From Bdellovibrionota bacterium (GTDB lineage Bacteria > Bdellovibrionota_C > UBA2361 > JAAYZI01), in assembly GCA_050950765.1 (NCBI GenBank), contig JBMNIF010000002.1:480001-544000 (forward strand): a DNA stretch of 64,000 nucleotides. Reading direction: 5' to 3'. Numbering within the stretch: the stretch's first letter is position 1; each line of letters opens with the position of its first letter. Shown here one piece after another: positions 40,356 to 51,962 of the stretch. Under the pieces are notes generated by a model. That model worked only from the letters and a program-made list of their open reading frames with translations, was not told the origin of the DNA and made no database searches. Position numbers and translations under genes: made by a program.

Positions 40356-40707
40356 GTGTCGCCCTTCAGTGCCGCTAATAATATCAAGATGTTAGCAAAA
40401 GTTTAAGGTTTCGGATCTGGTGCCACCCTTCAGCTAAAAGTGGATGTCCTAATTAGAAGGCTACGGGGGTTAAAACACCCTTCAGTATTGCCTTTAGTGC
40501 TGAAATAATAAAATTTAATAATATCAATACATTACCAAACACTTAGGATTTAATTGAAAGTAAGTCCCCTAAAAAGAAGAAAAGCACTTATATAAAATAA
40601 TTTTATTTCTATATAGAAAAATACTTGAAATGTTCAGATAGTTTTGATATGAAATAAAACTAGAAAGGGGGAAACGTTATAAACAACTTTATTGGAGCGT
40701 CTTTATA

Positions 40708-40907
40708 TGATTACTCAAAATATCTCACTAACTTTAGATATGATGGCTGCTTTTCTTACCGTTATCTATATCGTACACCTACTCGTCAAACGCTACTTTA
40801 ACAAGACACACCTAAGCGGGATCTCATCATACTTTACTTCACCTAGTAGTATTGAAAAGGGGCTTTTAGCGAGACAACACGTCTCTCGCACACCGATATT
40901 TAATTAA
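40708..40907 (+). CDS. Small membrane hypothetical protein
   Basis: GGAG upstream of an in-frame ATG near 40707-40710; one hydrophobic helix; start approximate. Confidence 0.4.
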
Positions 40908-41010
40908 GACATCCCCCAAGCTCAAATTAAGTACACCTTACTTTCAAAAAATACCACCTTATTCAGCGCAATCACTGTACAGAAGGTGTAAAATAAACGA
41001 AATTGGGCAC

Positions 41011-43467
41011 ATGGAAGATTTAACAAAGCCGAAATATTTACAAAGTTTAAACGCCCCACAACTTGAAGCTGTACAACACGTCAACGGTCCAATCCTCGTC
41101 TTAGCAGGTGCCGGTAGTGGTAAAACCCGTGTTTTGACACACCGCATTGCACATTTAATCTTAGCCCATAACGTCAGACCGACCAACATCTTAGCTGTAA
41201 CGTTTACCAACAAAGCGGCAAACGAGATGAAAGAGCGCTTAAAATCTCTTTTGGGGGATGCTGCTAATAGGTTATGGGTAGCGACCTTTCATTCAACGTG
41301 CTTAAGAATTCTTAGACAACACGCCTCCCTCCTCTCCTATCCGAGTAATTTCGTTGTTTATGATGATAACGATAGTAAACACCTCATTAAGCGGGTTATG
41401 TGCGAGCTGCGTATTGATGAGAAGAAAACACCCGCCAACTCCCTTTCTTCACTAATAAGTCGTGCAAAAAACGATTATGTTAGCGCTGAAGAGTTTGCAA
41501 AGGAGGCGGCAGGTCTTACACTAACAACTGCGGCTGAAGTTTATCAACGGTATCAAGAATCCTTAATGGCAGCCGGAGCGATGGACTTCGACGATCTCTT
41601 AACGAATACAGTCACTCTCTTTTCTAAACATCCTGAAGTTCTTGATATTTTTAGGCACTTCTTACACTACATCTTAGTAGATGAGTTTCAAGATACTAAT
41701 AGAGTTCAATACCTCTTTATTAAACAACTAACAGAGCCACGCCGTAATATCTTTGTTGTCGGTGATGACGATCAATCCATCTACGCCTTTAGAGGAGCAA
41801 ATCCAGAAAATATCCTCGCTTTTGAAAAGGATTTTCTAGGCACTAAGGTGGTTACCCTTGAGCAAAATTACCGTTCAACACAAACTATTTTAGAAGCTGC
41901 CTACGCCGTCATTTCAAGAAACACCGACCGCAAAGAAAAGAAACTTTGGACTTCAAAGGGTGCGGGGAGTCAGATCACTTCTTTTGTTGGTTTCGATGAA
42001 GATCAGGAGGGCGACTTTATTGCAAAAGAGATAGCAACTTTAAAGCTCTCAGGCAGATCGTTCTCAGAGGTAGCTATCTTTTATCGTACCAACGCTCAGT
42101 CTCGTGCTTTGGAAGAGGCGCTACTCCGTCACCGTATCCCATATAGAATTTATGGCGGCTTAAAGTTCTATGAACGTAAGGAGATTAAAGATATCTTAGC
42201 TTATTTAAAACTGATAGCGAACGATCTTGATTCGCAATCTTTTCTCCGTGCGATCAACACCCCTCCACGGGGGATCGGTGCTCAAACTTTACAAAAAATC
42301 GCTCAAAAAGCAGAAGAAGAAAAGATCTCCCTTTGGCAGGCAGCTGTGGAGCTCCGTTATAATATCCCTAAGGTTAACGATTTCGTCACACTAATTGAAG
42401 AATTAAAAACTCTTTCAAAGCGGGCAGAGCTTGGCAAACTTATAACAGAGGTTATAAAACGTACCGGTTATGAAGAGAGGCTAAGGGCATTAAAAGAGAT
42501 CGGGAACGACTCTAGGATTGAAAACTTGCGCGAGTTAATCTCCATAGGAAATACAACAGCAGCTTCTGGAGAAACTCCGGAATCAGCCTTACAAACCTTT
42601 CTTGATAAAGTATCACTAACAGCAAGTGATGATCTCTCTACCGATGAGAAGAAACAACTTTTATCAGGAAATAACGTCAAGGTTGATGCTGTCTCATTGA
42701 TGACGTTGCACTTAGCTAAAGGGTTAGAATTTCCCGTTGTGTTTTTAACGGGCATGGAAGAAGGTCTCCTTCCACATTACCGTTCATTAGAATCTGAAGA
42801 TGAAGTAGCAGAGGAGCGTCGTCTCTGTTATGTCGGTATTACACGAGCAAAACAGATCCTCTATTTAACTCGAGCTGCTATACGTGGCATGTTCTCAGCA
42901 GGCGGAGGGTTGAGCTCTGCAACAAATAGCCGCTACCGTATGGTCAGCCGATTTTTTAATGATATCCCCCCTCAATATTTAAACGATAGAAGCACCTTCC
43001 AAGAAGATGAAGATCAACCCTTCGCTAAAGAGACAATAAACACCCCGAGGCAGAGGTCTCGTTTTAATAGCTATTACGAAAACGATGAATATGACCAAAG
43101 TGAAAGCGGCACTACCTTCACTCAAAAGAGAAACCGTTCGGCGACACCCCGTTACAACAAAGTGTTAACGGAGGAAGGATCTCCTCTGCCGCCAACCTTA
43201 ATGCAGAAGTTATCAGGAAATATCTCTATTGCAGATCAAGCACTAGATCTCCCCACGGATGCTCCATTGTTACGAGACCACCCTGAAAAGTTGGTGGTCG
43301 GTCTCTCTGTTTTACACTCAAACTTCGGTCGCGGTAGGATTATTTCAATTAATGAACCTGCCTCTAAAGACCCTAATAAGACAAAGTTAAGGATCTTATT
43401 TGATAATTACGAAAAAGAAAAAACTTTACTACTCGGCAAAGCACGTTTAGCAATCGTAGAAGCGTAG
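41011..43467 (+). CDS. pcrA: UvrD/PcrA SF1 helicase
   Basis: LAGAGSGKT, VDEFQD, GDDDQSIY, HLAKGLEF, YVGITRA. Confidence 0.93.
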   Translation: MEDLTKPKYLQSLNAPQLEAVQHVNGPILVLAGAGSGKTRVLTHRIAHLILAHNVRPTNILAVTFTNKAANEMKERLKSLLGDAANRLWVATFHSTCLRILRQHASLLSYPSNFVVYDDNDSKHLIKRVMCELRIDEKKTPANSLSSLISRAKNDYVSAEEFAKEAAGLTLTTAAEVYQRYQESLMAAGAMDFDDLLTNTVTLFSKHPEVLDIFRHFLHYILVDEFQDTNRVQYLFIKQLTEPRRNIFVVGDDDQSIYAFRGANPENILAFEKDFLGTKVVTLEQNYRSTQTILEAAYAVISRNTDRKEKKLWTSKGAGSQITSFVGFDEDQEGDFIAKEIATLKLSGRSFSEVAIFYRTNAQSRALEEALLRHRIPYRIYGGLKFYERKEIKDILAYLKLIANDLDSQSFLRAINTPPRGIGAQTLQKIAQKAEEEKISLWQAAVELRYNIPKVNDFVTLIEELKTLSKRAELGKLITEVIKRTGYEERLRALKEIGNDSRIENLRELISIGNTTAASGETPESALQTFLDKVSLTASDDLSTDEKKQLLSGNNVKVDAVSLMTLHLAKGLEFPVVFLTGMEEGLLPHYRSLESEDEVAEERRLCYVGITRAKQILYLTRAAIRGMFSAGGGLSSATNSRYRMVSRFFNDIPPQYLNDRSTFQEDEDQPFAKETINTPRQRSRFNSYYENDEYDQSESGTTFTQKRNRSATPRYNKVLTEEGSPLPPTLMQKLSGNISIADQALDLPTDAPLLRDHPEKLVVGLSVLHSNFGRGRIISINEPASKDPNKTKLRILFDNYEKEKTLLLGKARLAIVEA

Positions 43468-43613
43468 ACGTTTTTTCCTCACCTCTAAACGTAGCCTTTT
43501 TCCTAATTTCAGGAGTGTAAATTTCTCTTCCCAATCTCCAAGTATATGTGCTTTTTTGGAATAAATTTTCTTAATCCTACGCTCTCTTCTGATAGTGTCA
43601 AAAAACTTACAGA

Positions 43614-44126
43614 TTAAGTCTTTTTCTCTTTAACTATGGTATTCGCTGGAGTGATCTTTTTAAGGTCAATAATAACTTTTTGAATATAGGTAGCAAGAGC
43701 TTGTGGGTTTCCGATATTGCGGCAGAACATCTCTTCAAAACCAGTAGCCGCCGTAGAGAGTGACAAGGTACCGTAATTAAAGATACGCCCAAGGATCGTT
43801 TGGTAAACTCTACTTTCTCTAATATCAACATATTTAAGTGTCATTCGATTGTACCTAAAAGAAAGTCTACCACCGAAATGCGTGATATCTGTCGGTGTCA
43901 ACGTATAAAGATCATTATAATAACGTCTAACCATCTCTAAGAGCCACAAGATACAGATCACTTTATATATTACGGTAAAACGATATCCAAATAAGGTGGT
44001 GGTGGTATAGACTATAATAATCCGCACAAATAGAAGTGGTAGGACAACTTTAAGGTATGTAATAAATAGAGCAACTACGGACGGTCTCACAGAAAACGTT
44101 TGAGGAGTATCTTCAAAATCTGTCAT
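43614..44126 (-). CDS. Membrane protein with bacterial PH (bPH_2) domain
   Basis: Two TM helices; QTILGRIFNYGTL motif. Confidence 0.75.
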   Translation of the reverse strand: MTDFEDTPQTFSVRPSVVALFITYLKVVLPLLFVRIIIVYTTTTLFGYRFTVIYKVICILWLLEMVRRYYNDLYTLTPTDITHFGGRLSFRYNRMTLKYVDIRESRVYQTILGRIFNYGTLSLSTAATGFEEMFCRNIGNPQALATYIQKVIIDLKKITPANTIVKEKKT

Positions 44127-44229
44127 GATGTTTTTCTCTATAATAATTTTTATCGAAAAATAGCGCTCAATAAAAAAGACGCTCCCCAGTTTGACGGATT
44201 ACCCGAATTTAAGCAATCTCTGATCGTTT

Positions 44230-47200
44230 CTAAAAAACACCTCCGTAAGCCGTTATAATCTCTCCCCACGGAGTTTTTGATTGAGAAATTTCAGCTGGAT
44301 CTCCGTTAAAAATCACCTTTCCGCCACTTTCTCCCGATCCAAGCCCAAGTTCAACCAAATGATCACACCCTAAAATAAAATCCCTATCGTGCTCTATCAC
44401 TAAAACAGAGTGCCCCTGCGCCGTTAAACGTCTAAGGATCTTTATCAATCGTCCTACATCAAAACGGTGCAGCCCTGTGGTCGGCTCGTCAAGAATATAC
44501 AAAACACGCCCTTTACGCCTCTTTGAAAGTTCAGAAACAAGCTTTAACCTCTGACTCTCTCCACCTGAAAGGGTGACACTACTCTGCCCTAAGGAGAGAT
44601 AACCGAGACCTATCTCACAAGCAGTGTGTAGGATGTGGTTAATTTTATAATGATTGGCAAATAATACAGATGCCTCTTCTAACGTCATCTTTAAAACATC
44701 TACGATATTACGCTCCAAGAAACGAACTGATTTAACCTCCTCCGAAAAGCGATCTCCGTGACAATCTTCACACTCAATTGTGGCATCAGCCAGAAAACTC
44801 ATCTTCAATTTAATATCACCACGCCCTTCACAAGTTTTGCACCGCCCCTTACCGGTATTGTAAGAGAAGAACGAGGCATCCCAACCACGAGCTTGAGCTT
44901 CGATAGTTTTTGCAAAAAGACGTCTAATCTCATTCAAAATGCCGAGATACGAAGCAGGTGTTGAACGGGGATTAGCACCGATCGGTTTCTGATCAACCGT
45001 TACGATCCGTTCAAGCGCAGAGCCTAAAGTTATGACCGTATCTCCATATTTAAATCTAGATCTATCAGCGGAAGATGCGCCGTTCTCTAAAACCTCTTTA
45101 ACAATACCGTTTACAAGCGAGCTCTTTCCCGCTCCAGAAACACCAGCGATCGTAACAAAAGATTCAAGTGGAAAAGTTAAATTAAGGTCGTGAATATTAT
45201 TTTTATTACCGTTACTGATAGTAAGCACAGGCTTCTCTTTTTTATCCGCAGTCACTTCACATTCAGGAACGATCTCCCCCCTTAAAGCAGCAGCTGTAAT
45301 AGATTTTTTACTTTTAATAAATTGTGCAAGTGGTAACGACTCTACTATCTTCCCACCATTACGCCCCGCTTCAGGACCAACATCGATAACGTGATCAGCC
45401 GTTAAAATACTCTCCTCATCATGCTCAATCACAATAACCGAATTACCGTTATCTTTTAGACGCTGCATCTCTTTTAAAACTTTACGATTATCATAAGGGT
45501 GTAATCCGGCGCTCGGTTCATCAAAGATATATAAAACTCCACTAAGTGGAGAGCCCATCGCTGTCGCCAGTCTTAAACGTTGCAACTCTCCACTTGAAAG
45601 GGTTGAGCAGTCTCTATCAAGTGTTAAATAATCAAGCCCAAGAGAGATAAGGGCATCAAGCTTTGCAAAAAGTTCACGCAAAATATTTTCTTTAATAAGG
45701 GTAGCTGCTGCATTGAATTGAAAATCAGAGAGGAATGCTTTTAATTTTGAAGGTGTCAGTAAACAGGCTTGATGAATATTTTTTTCACCTAACCTTAAAT
45801 TAGCAGCAACACTGTTGATGCGTGCACCGTTACAACTTTTACAAACATTGCCGTGTTCGTCCTGACCATATCCGCCACAAGTTGGACACACACCACGCTT
45901 TGAATTAAAGGAGAGGTCTTCGGGGTCAGCTTTAAAAAAACCCCGCTTACAGATAGGACAAGTCCTTTCCGTAGAATAGATCGTATCCTTTCCGTCATAA
46001 ACGATTAAAGTACCGTTCCCAAGACTTAGCGCTTGTGTAACGCACTCTCTGATCACCTCAAAAGGTATTTTTTTAGGATCAAACGATCCCACAACGTATT
46101 CTATGGTGTGTGGTTTAGTTTTTGATAAATCATCTACAACTGAAGATGCTTTTACAAAGACGTTATCAACTCGCACTTCGTTTAAATCAATAGCAACAGC
46201 ACGTTCCAGCACACCACGATGCGCCCCTTTTTTCTGTTTTATAACAGGTGCTAGAACTTTAATCCGATCTTTGTACCCCATCACCTCGCGAGCGATATCT
46301 TCCGCTTCTAACGGCGAAATACGGCGATCTGGATGATCTGGACAATACTGTAACGCCGTTTTTGCATATAAGAGGCGTAGATAATTATAAGCTTCAGACA
46401 TACTTGCTATTGTAGAAAGGCGTGACGGTTGAAAGGTGTGTTGATATACACAAACTGTCGGCAAGATATTTGAAATACTACTTACATCTGGACGTTTTAA
46501 TTCCTTAATAAATTGTCGTGCATAAGGAGAAAGACAATCAAGATAACGTCTCTGCCCCTCCGCATATAAGATATCTTTTGCAATGGAAGATTTTCCGGAA
46601 CCAGAAACCCCACATAACGCCACTATCTTATTTAACGGGATATCGATATCAATATTTTGCAGGTTATGCTCCTTAGCTCCTCTAATACCGATAAAAGCAG
46701 GTGCTTCAAACTTCTGCTTAACTTTCTTTAATGCTTTACTCTTTTTGCAATGACTCTCGTTACAATCGGTATTGTTATGATCGTTATAAAAACGGCGTAA
46801 ATGTTGTGCCGTTAAAGAAGGTGGCTCTTCATCTTGCACAAAATCTAACGGAGTCCCCACCCTCACCACCTCTCCACCGTGTTCACCCGCTGCAGGCCCC
46901 AGATCGATAATCCAATCTGCAGCAGAGATAAGACTTAAGTTGTGCTCCACTACCAATAAAGAGTGACCGCGATCACGCAAAGTATAAAAAAGCTCAATTA
47001 ACCTACTTACATCCTTATTGTGCAGACCTGTTGTCGGCTCATCAAAGATTAAAAGCGAGTGGCTCTGATCTGTTTTTTGTAAAAATGGAATGAGTTTTAA
47101 ACGTTGAGCTTCACCCCCTGAAAGTTCACTTAAGGGGTGTCCCAAACTTAAATGCCCCAAACCTAAAGTTTCCAACATTTCACACGTTTGCCAGATAGCA

Positions 47201-49623
47201 AAGTCTTCTTTAAAAAATTCTTTACAGGTGCTGACCGTCATCTGCAGAAAATCATCAACATTTTTACCTTTATATTGAACCTCTAAAACTATCTCTTTAA
47301 ATCTCTTACCGAGACAACTTTCACACGGCAGATAAACATCACTTAAAAACTGCATATCTTCTCTGACAAATCCAGCACCTTTACAAGCAGGGCATCTGCC
47401 TCCATCAACGTTAAAAGAGAAAGCTGACTTAGAGAGTTTGCGAATTTGCGCATCTTCCGTAGCTGCTAAGACACTTCTAATAGTCTCCCAGATCTTACAA
47501 TAAGTGGCGATATTAGCGCGTGGTGCTTTAGTCAGTGCTGATTGATCAACTAAAAAGAGGCGGTCTATACCTTCAAAACCTTCAACTTTAGTAAAAGACG
47601 GCAAACCGTTCTGCAAAGCTTCGTACTCATACTTAATAACTTCCTGTACTAACGTACTTTTGCCACTTCCAGAAACGCCGCTAATACAAACAAAAGCTTG
47701 TAACGGTATTTCAAGATCAATATCTTTTAAATTTCTTGCGCTTGCTCCCTTAATCTTTAACGTTTTTTCGAAGGGTGTAATTTTTTTCTGAAAATGTAAA
47801 AGTTCTCCGATAGAAGAGCTCCACTCAGAAGCACTTCCACAATAAACAACCTCTCCGCCCTTTTCTCCACCTTCCGGTCCAAGCTCTATAATATTATCAG
47901 CCGCCGCAATACAATCCGGATCGTGCTCCACAAGTAAGACGCTATTACCACGCCTCTGCAACTCTCTAATAGAATCAAGTAATCTATCAGTATCGTGCGG
48001 ATGTAATCCGACCGAAGGTTCATCCAGCACAAATTGAGTTGAGGTCAGGTGGCTGCCGAGAGCAGTTACAAGATTAACACGTTGAGTCTCTCCGCCGGAA
48101 AGGGTTCGCGCCTGCCTATCCAGTGTTAAATACGATAGCCCTAATTTTGAAAGAAGAGAGACACGGCTGATAACACCTTCAAAAACATCATTCAGATAAC
48201 GGCTATCACCTGCCCGTGAAAGCACATCAGAAGACGTTGTTTGCAGATAAGTACTGTGCAAATTTTTTAACCAGATAAGTAGTTTTTCTATGGAGAGACT
48301 CCAAAGGTCTGAAATACAGACACCGTTAATGCGGTACGCTAAGGCTTCACGACGTAAACGGGTACCGTTACAAGAGGGGCATATCATCTCCGTTCTATAA
48401 CGTGCCAAGAAAACACGTACGTGCATCTTATAACTTTTTCGTTCTACCTTTTTAAACCAAGTTCTAAGACCGAGATAGCTTTTTGATTTCGCATCAAAGA
48501 TTAGGTCCCGTTCATGCTGCGCCAGATCTTTCCAAGCAACTTTTGTTGAAATACCGTTTTCTTTACAAAACGTCAGGAGTTTTAAGTAATACCGTCTTGT
48601 TGATGGCGTACTCCAACACTGCACCGCCCCTTCTTCAATGGTGAGGTTGTGATCGGGAACACACTTAAGGGGATCCACAGTTAAAATTTTTCCAAAACCT
48701 TGACACTTGGCACAACTACCATTTGGATGATTATATGAGAAAAGAGAGGGTTGTGCATTCGGCAATACAACCTCTCCCTCCGTACAACGTGGATGGTTGT
48801 AAAAATAGTGGGTTTCTAAGGGAGACTTATCTAGATTTTTTTGTGCTTTATTATTTACAATGCGTAAGAACGGTCTGTAATTTTGTACGATCTCTGCTAT
48901 AACAACCGTACCGTGCGCAATACCGAAAGCTTGCTCCAAAGAATCTTGCACCTGTTTAGCAGAAAAGTTATTGGGTCTTATTCTATCCAGTAATAAGAGA
49001 AAGTTATTACCGTTTGCCTTTAAGTTAAGATCATTCAGATCTTCCAGATGTAAAATATCTGCACTAGCAACATCAATACACCGACTAAAACCGAGTGTGA
49101 TAAGGCGCTCAACCTCTTTTTTAAACTGTTTTTTATCACTGCTAAGAAAGGGGGTGCAGATATAGAAAGTGCTCTCTGGCTTTAACTTTTGCCACTTACA
49201 CAACAACTCCGTCAGATCTGCACTACTTTTACCTTCCAACTCAATGCCGCATTCAAGACAGTACGGCTTTGCCAAATTAGCCCAAAGGATCTTTAAATAA
49301 TCAATGATATCTGTCATCGAACCAACGGTCGATCTTGAACTGGTAACCTTAGTGCGCTGCTGAATAGCGATAGCAGCCCTGACATTTTTCAACATGTCCA
49401 CATCAGGCTTTTTAATCTTATCTAAAAATTGTCTAGTATACGGGGAAAATGTTTCAATAAAGCGTCTCTGCCCTTCTGCAAAAACGGTATCAAACGCCAG
49501 TGATGATTTGCCTGATCCGGAAAGCCCCGTTACAACGGTTAAGGTATCGTGCTCAATCTCAAGGTTTAGGTGTTTGAGGTTGTTTTCATGCGCATTTATG
49601 ATCTTAAGAGAGTGTGTATCCAA
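44230..49623 (-). CDS. uvrA: Double-length excinuclease ABC subunit A
   Basis: Four Walker A motifs (GLSGSGKS, GVSGSGKS x2, GVSGAGKS), four signature/DEP sets, two AEGQRR motifs, Zn fingers. Confidence 0.95.
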   Translation of the reverse strand: MDTHSLKIINAHENNLKHLNLEIEHDTLTVVTGLSGSGKSSLAFDTVFAEGQRRFIETFSPYTRQFLDKIKKPDVDMLKNVRAAIAIQQRTKVTSSRSTVGSMTDIIDYLKILWANLAKPYCLECGIELEGKSSADLTELLCKWQKLKPESTFYICTPFLSSDKKQFKKEVERLITLGFSRCIDVASADILHLEDLNDLNLKANGNNFLLLLDRIRPNNFSAKQVQDSLEQAFGIAHGTVVIAEIVQNYRPFLRIVNNKAQKNLDKSPLETHYFYNHPRCTEGEVVLPNAQPSLFSYNHPNGSCAKCQGFGKILTVDPLKCVPDHNLTIEEGAVQCWSTPSTRRYYLKLLTFCKENGISTKVAWKDLAQHERDLIFDAKSKSYLGLRTWFKKVERKSYKMHVRVFLARYRTEMICPSCNGTRLRREALAYRINGVCISDLWSLSIEKLLIWLKNLHSTYLQTTSSDVLSRAGDSRYLNDVFEGVISRVSLLSKLGLSYLTLDRQARTLSGGETQRVNLVTALGSHLTSTQFVLDEPSVGLHPHDTDRLLDSIRELQRRGNSVLLVEHDPDCIAAADNIIELGPEGGEKGGEVVYCGSASEWSSSIGELLHFQKKITPFEKTLKIKGASARNLKDIDLEIPLQAFVCISGVSGSGKSTLVQEVIKYEYEALQNGLPSFTKVEGFEGIDRLFLVDQSALTKAPRANIATYCKIWETIRSVLAATEDAQIRKLSKSAFSFNVDGGRCPACKGAGFVREDMQFLSDVYLPCESCLGKRFKEIVLEVQYKGKNVDDFLQMTVSTCKEFFKEDFAIWQTCEMLETLGLGHLSLGHPLSELSGGEAQRLKLIPFLQKTDQSHSLLIFDEPTTGLHNKDVSRLIELFYTLRDRGHSLLVVEHNLSLISAADWIIDLGPAAGEHGGEVVRVGTPLDFVQDEEPPSLTAQHLRRFYNDHNNTDCNESHCKKSKALKKVKQKFEAPAFIGIRGAKEHNLQNIDIDIPLNKIVALCGVSGSGKSSIAKDILYAEGQRRYLDCLSPYARQFIKELKRPDVSSISNILPTVCVYQHTFQPSRLSTIASMSEAYNYLRLLYAKTALQYCPDHPDRRISPLEAEDIAREVMGYKDRIKVLAPVIKQKKGAHRGVLERAVAIDLNEVRVDNVFVKASSVVDDLSKTKPHTIEYVVGSFDPKKIPFEVIRECVTQALSLGNGTLIVYDGKDTIYSTERTCPICKRGFFKADPEDLSFNSKRGVCPTCGGYGQDEHGNVCKSCNGARINSVAANLRLGEKNIHQACLLTPSKLKAFLSDFQFNAAATLIKENILRELFAKLDALISLGLDYLTLDRDCSTLSSGELQRLRLATAMGSPLSGVLYIFDEPSAGLHPYDNRKVLKEMQRLKDNGNSVIVIEHDEESILTADHVIDVGPEAGRNGGKIVESLPLAQFIKSKKSITAAALRGEIVPECEVTADKKEKPVLTISNGNKNNIHDLNLTFPLESFVTIAGVSGAGKSSLVNGIVKEVLENGASSADRSRFKYGDTVITLGSALERIVTVDQKPIGANPRSTPASYLGILNEIRRLFAKTIEAQARGWDASFFSYNTGKGRCKTCEGRGDIKLKMSFLADATIECEDCHGDRFSEEVKSVRFLERNIVDVLKMTLEEASVLFANHYKINHILHTACEIGLGYLSLGQSSVTLSGGESQRLKLVSELSKRRKGRVLYILDEPTTGLHRFDVGRLIKILRRLTAQGHSVLVIEHDRDFILGCDHLVELGLGSGESGGKVIFNGDPAEISQSKTPWGEIITAYGGVF

Positions 49624-49897
49624 GCTTTTATCACCACTTAGAAAAGAACTAATTAGATTAGAAAGTAATCGTCTTTTAAAATAAATTTGAAGCCTCGATC
49701 ATAATCAATAAAAATAAGGCTGTCGAGAGAAGGTGATATCGTTTAACATAAGTAAAACGGATTTTTTTTATAGCCGTTTGCAGCGATCTTAAAAATTGAT
49801 AAAAACCATCTGACTTTTATCATTACTTTTCTAATTTAAAACATTTTAAAAGTATAACTAGCTGCTCATTTTTAATAAATTATCACAGGTAGTTCAG

Positions 49898-51109
49898 ATG
49901 CTTCGTATCTTAAAAATTTTATTTAGCACCATCCTTATTTCAGCTCTACCTATCACCCCTGTAAAAGCTGAAGAATCTCCCTGCGATATCGCACAGAGCG
50001 CTCTTATGAACGCAGCCAAGTTGCGTCACTTGCAGACAAAACAGGAGGTTCCCTGCGCTGTTTGGAGTAGAGAAAAGATTAGGGAGCACCTCTTGCAAAG
50101 AATAGCAGAAGAGATGCCGGGGGATCAGCCTAAGCAGGAAGGAACAATTTTTCGCGCCATCGGCATGATACCTGAAGACTACAACTATGAACGTGAGATT
50201 GTTGAACTCTACACCAGCCAAATTAGTGGATTTTACAATCAAAAAGATAAATATTTTATTATGGTTGATAATGGCGTACAGCAGATGCAGGTCGCTATCC
50301 ACGAACAAACACACGCCATTCAAGATCAGAACTTCGACCTTGAAAAGTTACTAGACCATAAAAAGTTTTCAGGAGATGAGCTTGCCGCTCGTCTGGCTTT
50401 AGTGGAAGGGGATGCTACTGCCGTGATGCTTGACTTTGCAATGCTCTTTAGTTTTACCAGCCTCAGCAAAACTCCAAATGTAACCGGTATTATCTTACAA
50501 AACATTATCGGCACATACTTTATCCCTGCACTACAAGAAGTTCCGCAAAGCATCATCTTAACTATGCTTTTCCCGTACACAAGTGGATTACGTTTTGTTC
50601 ATCATTTTTTATACAACAAGGACTATTCTGAAATTGATAAACTCTATGCAGCACCTCCGAGGTCTACTGAAGAGATCCTGCATCCTGAAAAATACGGCAC
50701 TGCCGCACCTGATTTTAAAGTTTTTTCTGACGCAGATGTTTTAAAGGCTTTTAAGGTATCTGATCAGAAAGCCCTTTATAGCGATGTGATGGGAGAGTTA
50801 GGGATCTCCGCACTATTGCAAAACCTTAAAGCTCCTAACAGCGCCGCTGCTGCCGCAGGTTGGGGTGGAGATAAAGCCGTTCTTTTAGATTCTGATAATA
50901 CAAAAGACACCGTCTTATGGCTTACTGCTTGGGATACGGAAAGAGATGCTGAGGAGTTTTTATCTGCTTATCTAAAAGGACTTGCCAAAACATATCCGAA
51001 TACCTCACCACAACTCGGAAAAAATAAACTTAGTAAACTTAAAACATTGGAACTTAGTAAAGACGGTAAAAATGTGCTGATTACGGTAGAGCTAGAGAGA
51101 TCTTTTTAA
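49898..51109 (+). CDS. Exported zincin-like metallopeptidase
   Basis: Signal peptide; HEQTHAIQDQ (HExxH), ALVEGDA, STEEILHPEKY, GWGGD. Confidence 0.7.
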   Translation: MLRILKILFSTILISALPITPVKAEESPCDIAQSALMNAAKLRHLQTKQEVPCAVWSREKIREHLLQRIAEEMPGDQPKQEGTIFRAIGMIPEDYNYEREIVELYTSQISGFYNQKDKYFIMVDNGVQQMQVAIHEQTHAIQDQNFDLEKLLDHKKFSGDELAARLALVEGDATAVMLDFAMLFSFTSLSKTPNVTGIILQNIIGTYFIPALQEVPQSIILTMLFPYTSGLRFVHHFLYNKDYSEIDKLYAAPPRSTEEILHPEKYGTAAPDFKVFSDADVLKAFKVSDQKALYSDVMGELGISALLQNLKAPNSAAAAAGWGGDKAVLLDSDNTKDTVLWLTAWDTERDAEEFLSAYLKGLAKTYPNTSPQLGKNKLSKLKTLELSKDGKNVLITVELERSF

Positions 51110-51211
51110 TACTTTTTACTAAAACGCAGCTCGGTAGTAACATTCGATAAAGTGATGGATATTTTATTAGTAGTAAAAAGATCTTTTTAATACTTTTTAC
51201 TAAAACACAGC
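51098..51211. repeat. 33 bp direct repeat (period 81) containing the upstream gene's stop codon
   Basis: AGATCTTTTTAATACTTTTTACTAAAAC(G/A)CAGC at 51098 and 51179. Confidence 0.85.
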
Positions 51212-51232
51212 CGCACTAAAAAAATCGTCTCA

Positions 51233-51895
51233 CTAAACTTTTAAGATCTGTTTTATATAATCAAGGTCGATCTTACTAAAATCGGGGGCAGTTGCTACGG
51301 TCGGTTGTAACATCTCGGCAGTGTGAGATGTCGTAATTCCGATAGCGACCATTCCTGCTGCCTGTGCTGCTTTTAAGCCGAGTAGACTATCTTCAAAAAC
51401 AAGGCAGCACTTTGGAGGAACTTGCAACATTTCAGCTGCTCGTAAAAATATATCAGGAGCAGGCTTTCCGTGTTTAACCTGATCGGCATCAACAACAACA
51501 TTGAAGAGCTCTCTAATCTGCAACCCATCTAAGACCAGATTTACATTTTCTGTCGGCGCTGCAGTTGCCACCGCCATAGGAACTTGGTGCTGCTTTAGAT
51601 CTAAGATCAATTCTTTCAAACCGTTCACAAGAGAGAGGTGCGGCGTATAGATCTCTCTATACAGAACCTCCTTTTCTTCACTCAGTTTTTTCGCTTCTTC
51701 TACCGAAACATCTGGTGAGACGATGTATTGAATTGTCTCCAGATTGGTGCGTCCTGCCAACATTTTATCAAACTCTTCTGCGGAAATGACCTTTTTACGA
51801 CGCAGAGCGAACTCTTGCCACGCTTCTAAGTGATAGCGCATGTCATCTACAATAACGCCATTCATATCAAACAGAACTGCGAATTCTCTATTCAT
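51233..51895 (-). CDS. HAD-IA phosphatase / beta-phosphoglucomutase-like
   Basis: FDMNGV, KPAPDIF, FEDS; AGGAGG RBS before the ATG at 51895. Confidence 0.85.
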   Translation of the reverse strand: MNREFAVLFDMNGVIVDDMRYHLEAWQEFALRRKKVISAEEFDKMLAGRTNLETIQYIVSPDVSVEEAKKLSEEKEVLYREIYTPHLSLVNGLKELILDLKQHQVPMAVATAAPTENVNLVLDGLQIRELFNVVVDADQVKHGKPAPDIFLRAAEMLQVPPKCCLVFEDSLLGLKAAQAAGMVAIGITTSHTAEMLQPTVATAPDFSKIDLDYIKQILKV

Positions 51896-51962
51896 AAGAC
51901 CCTCCTTTTGAGGTAATATCGTAGAAACGTTATTAACTCTCTCTGATAAAGGTAACACACTT

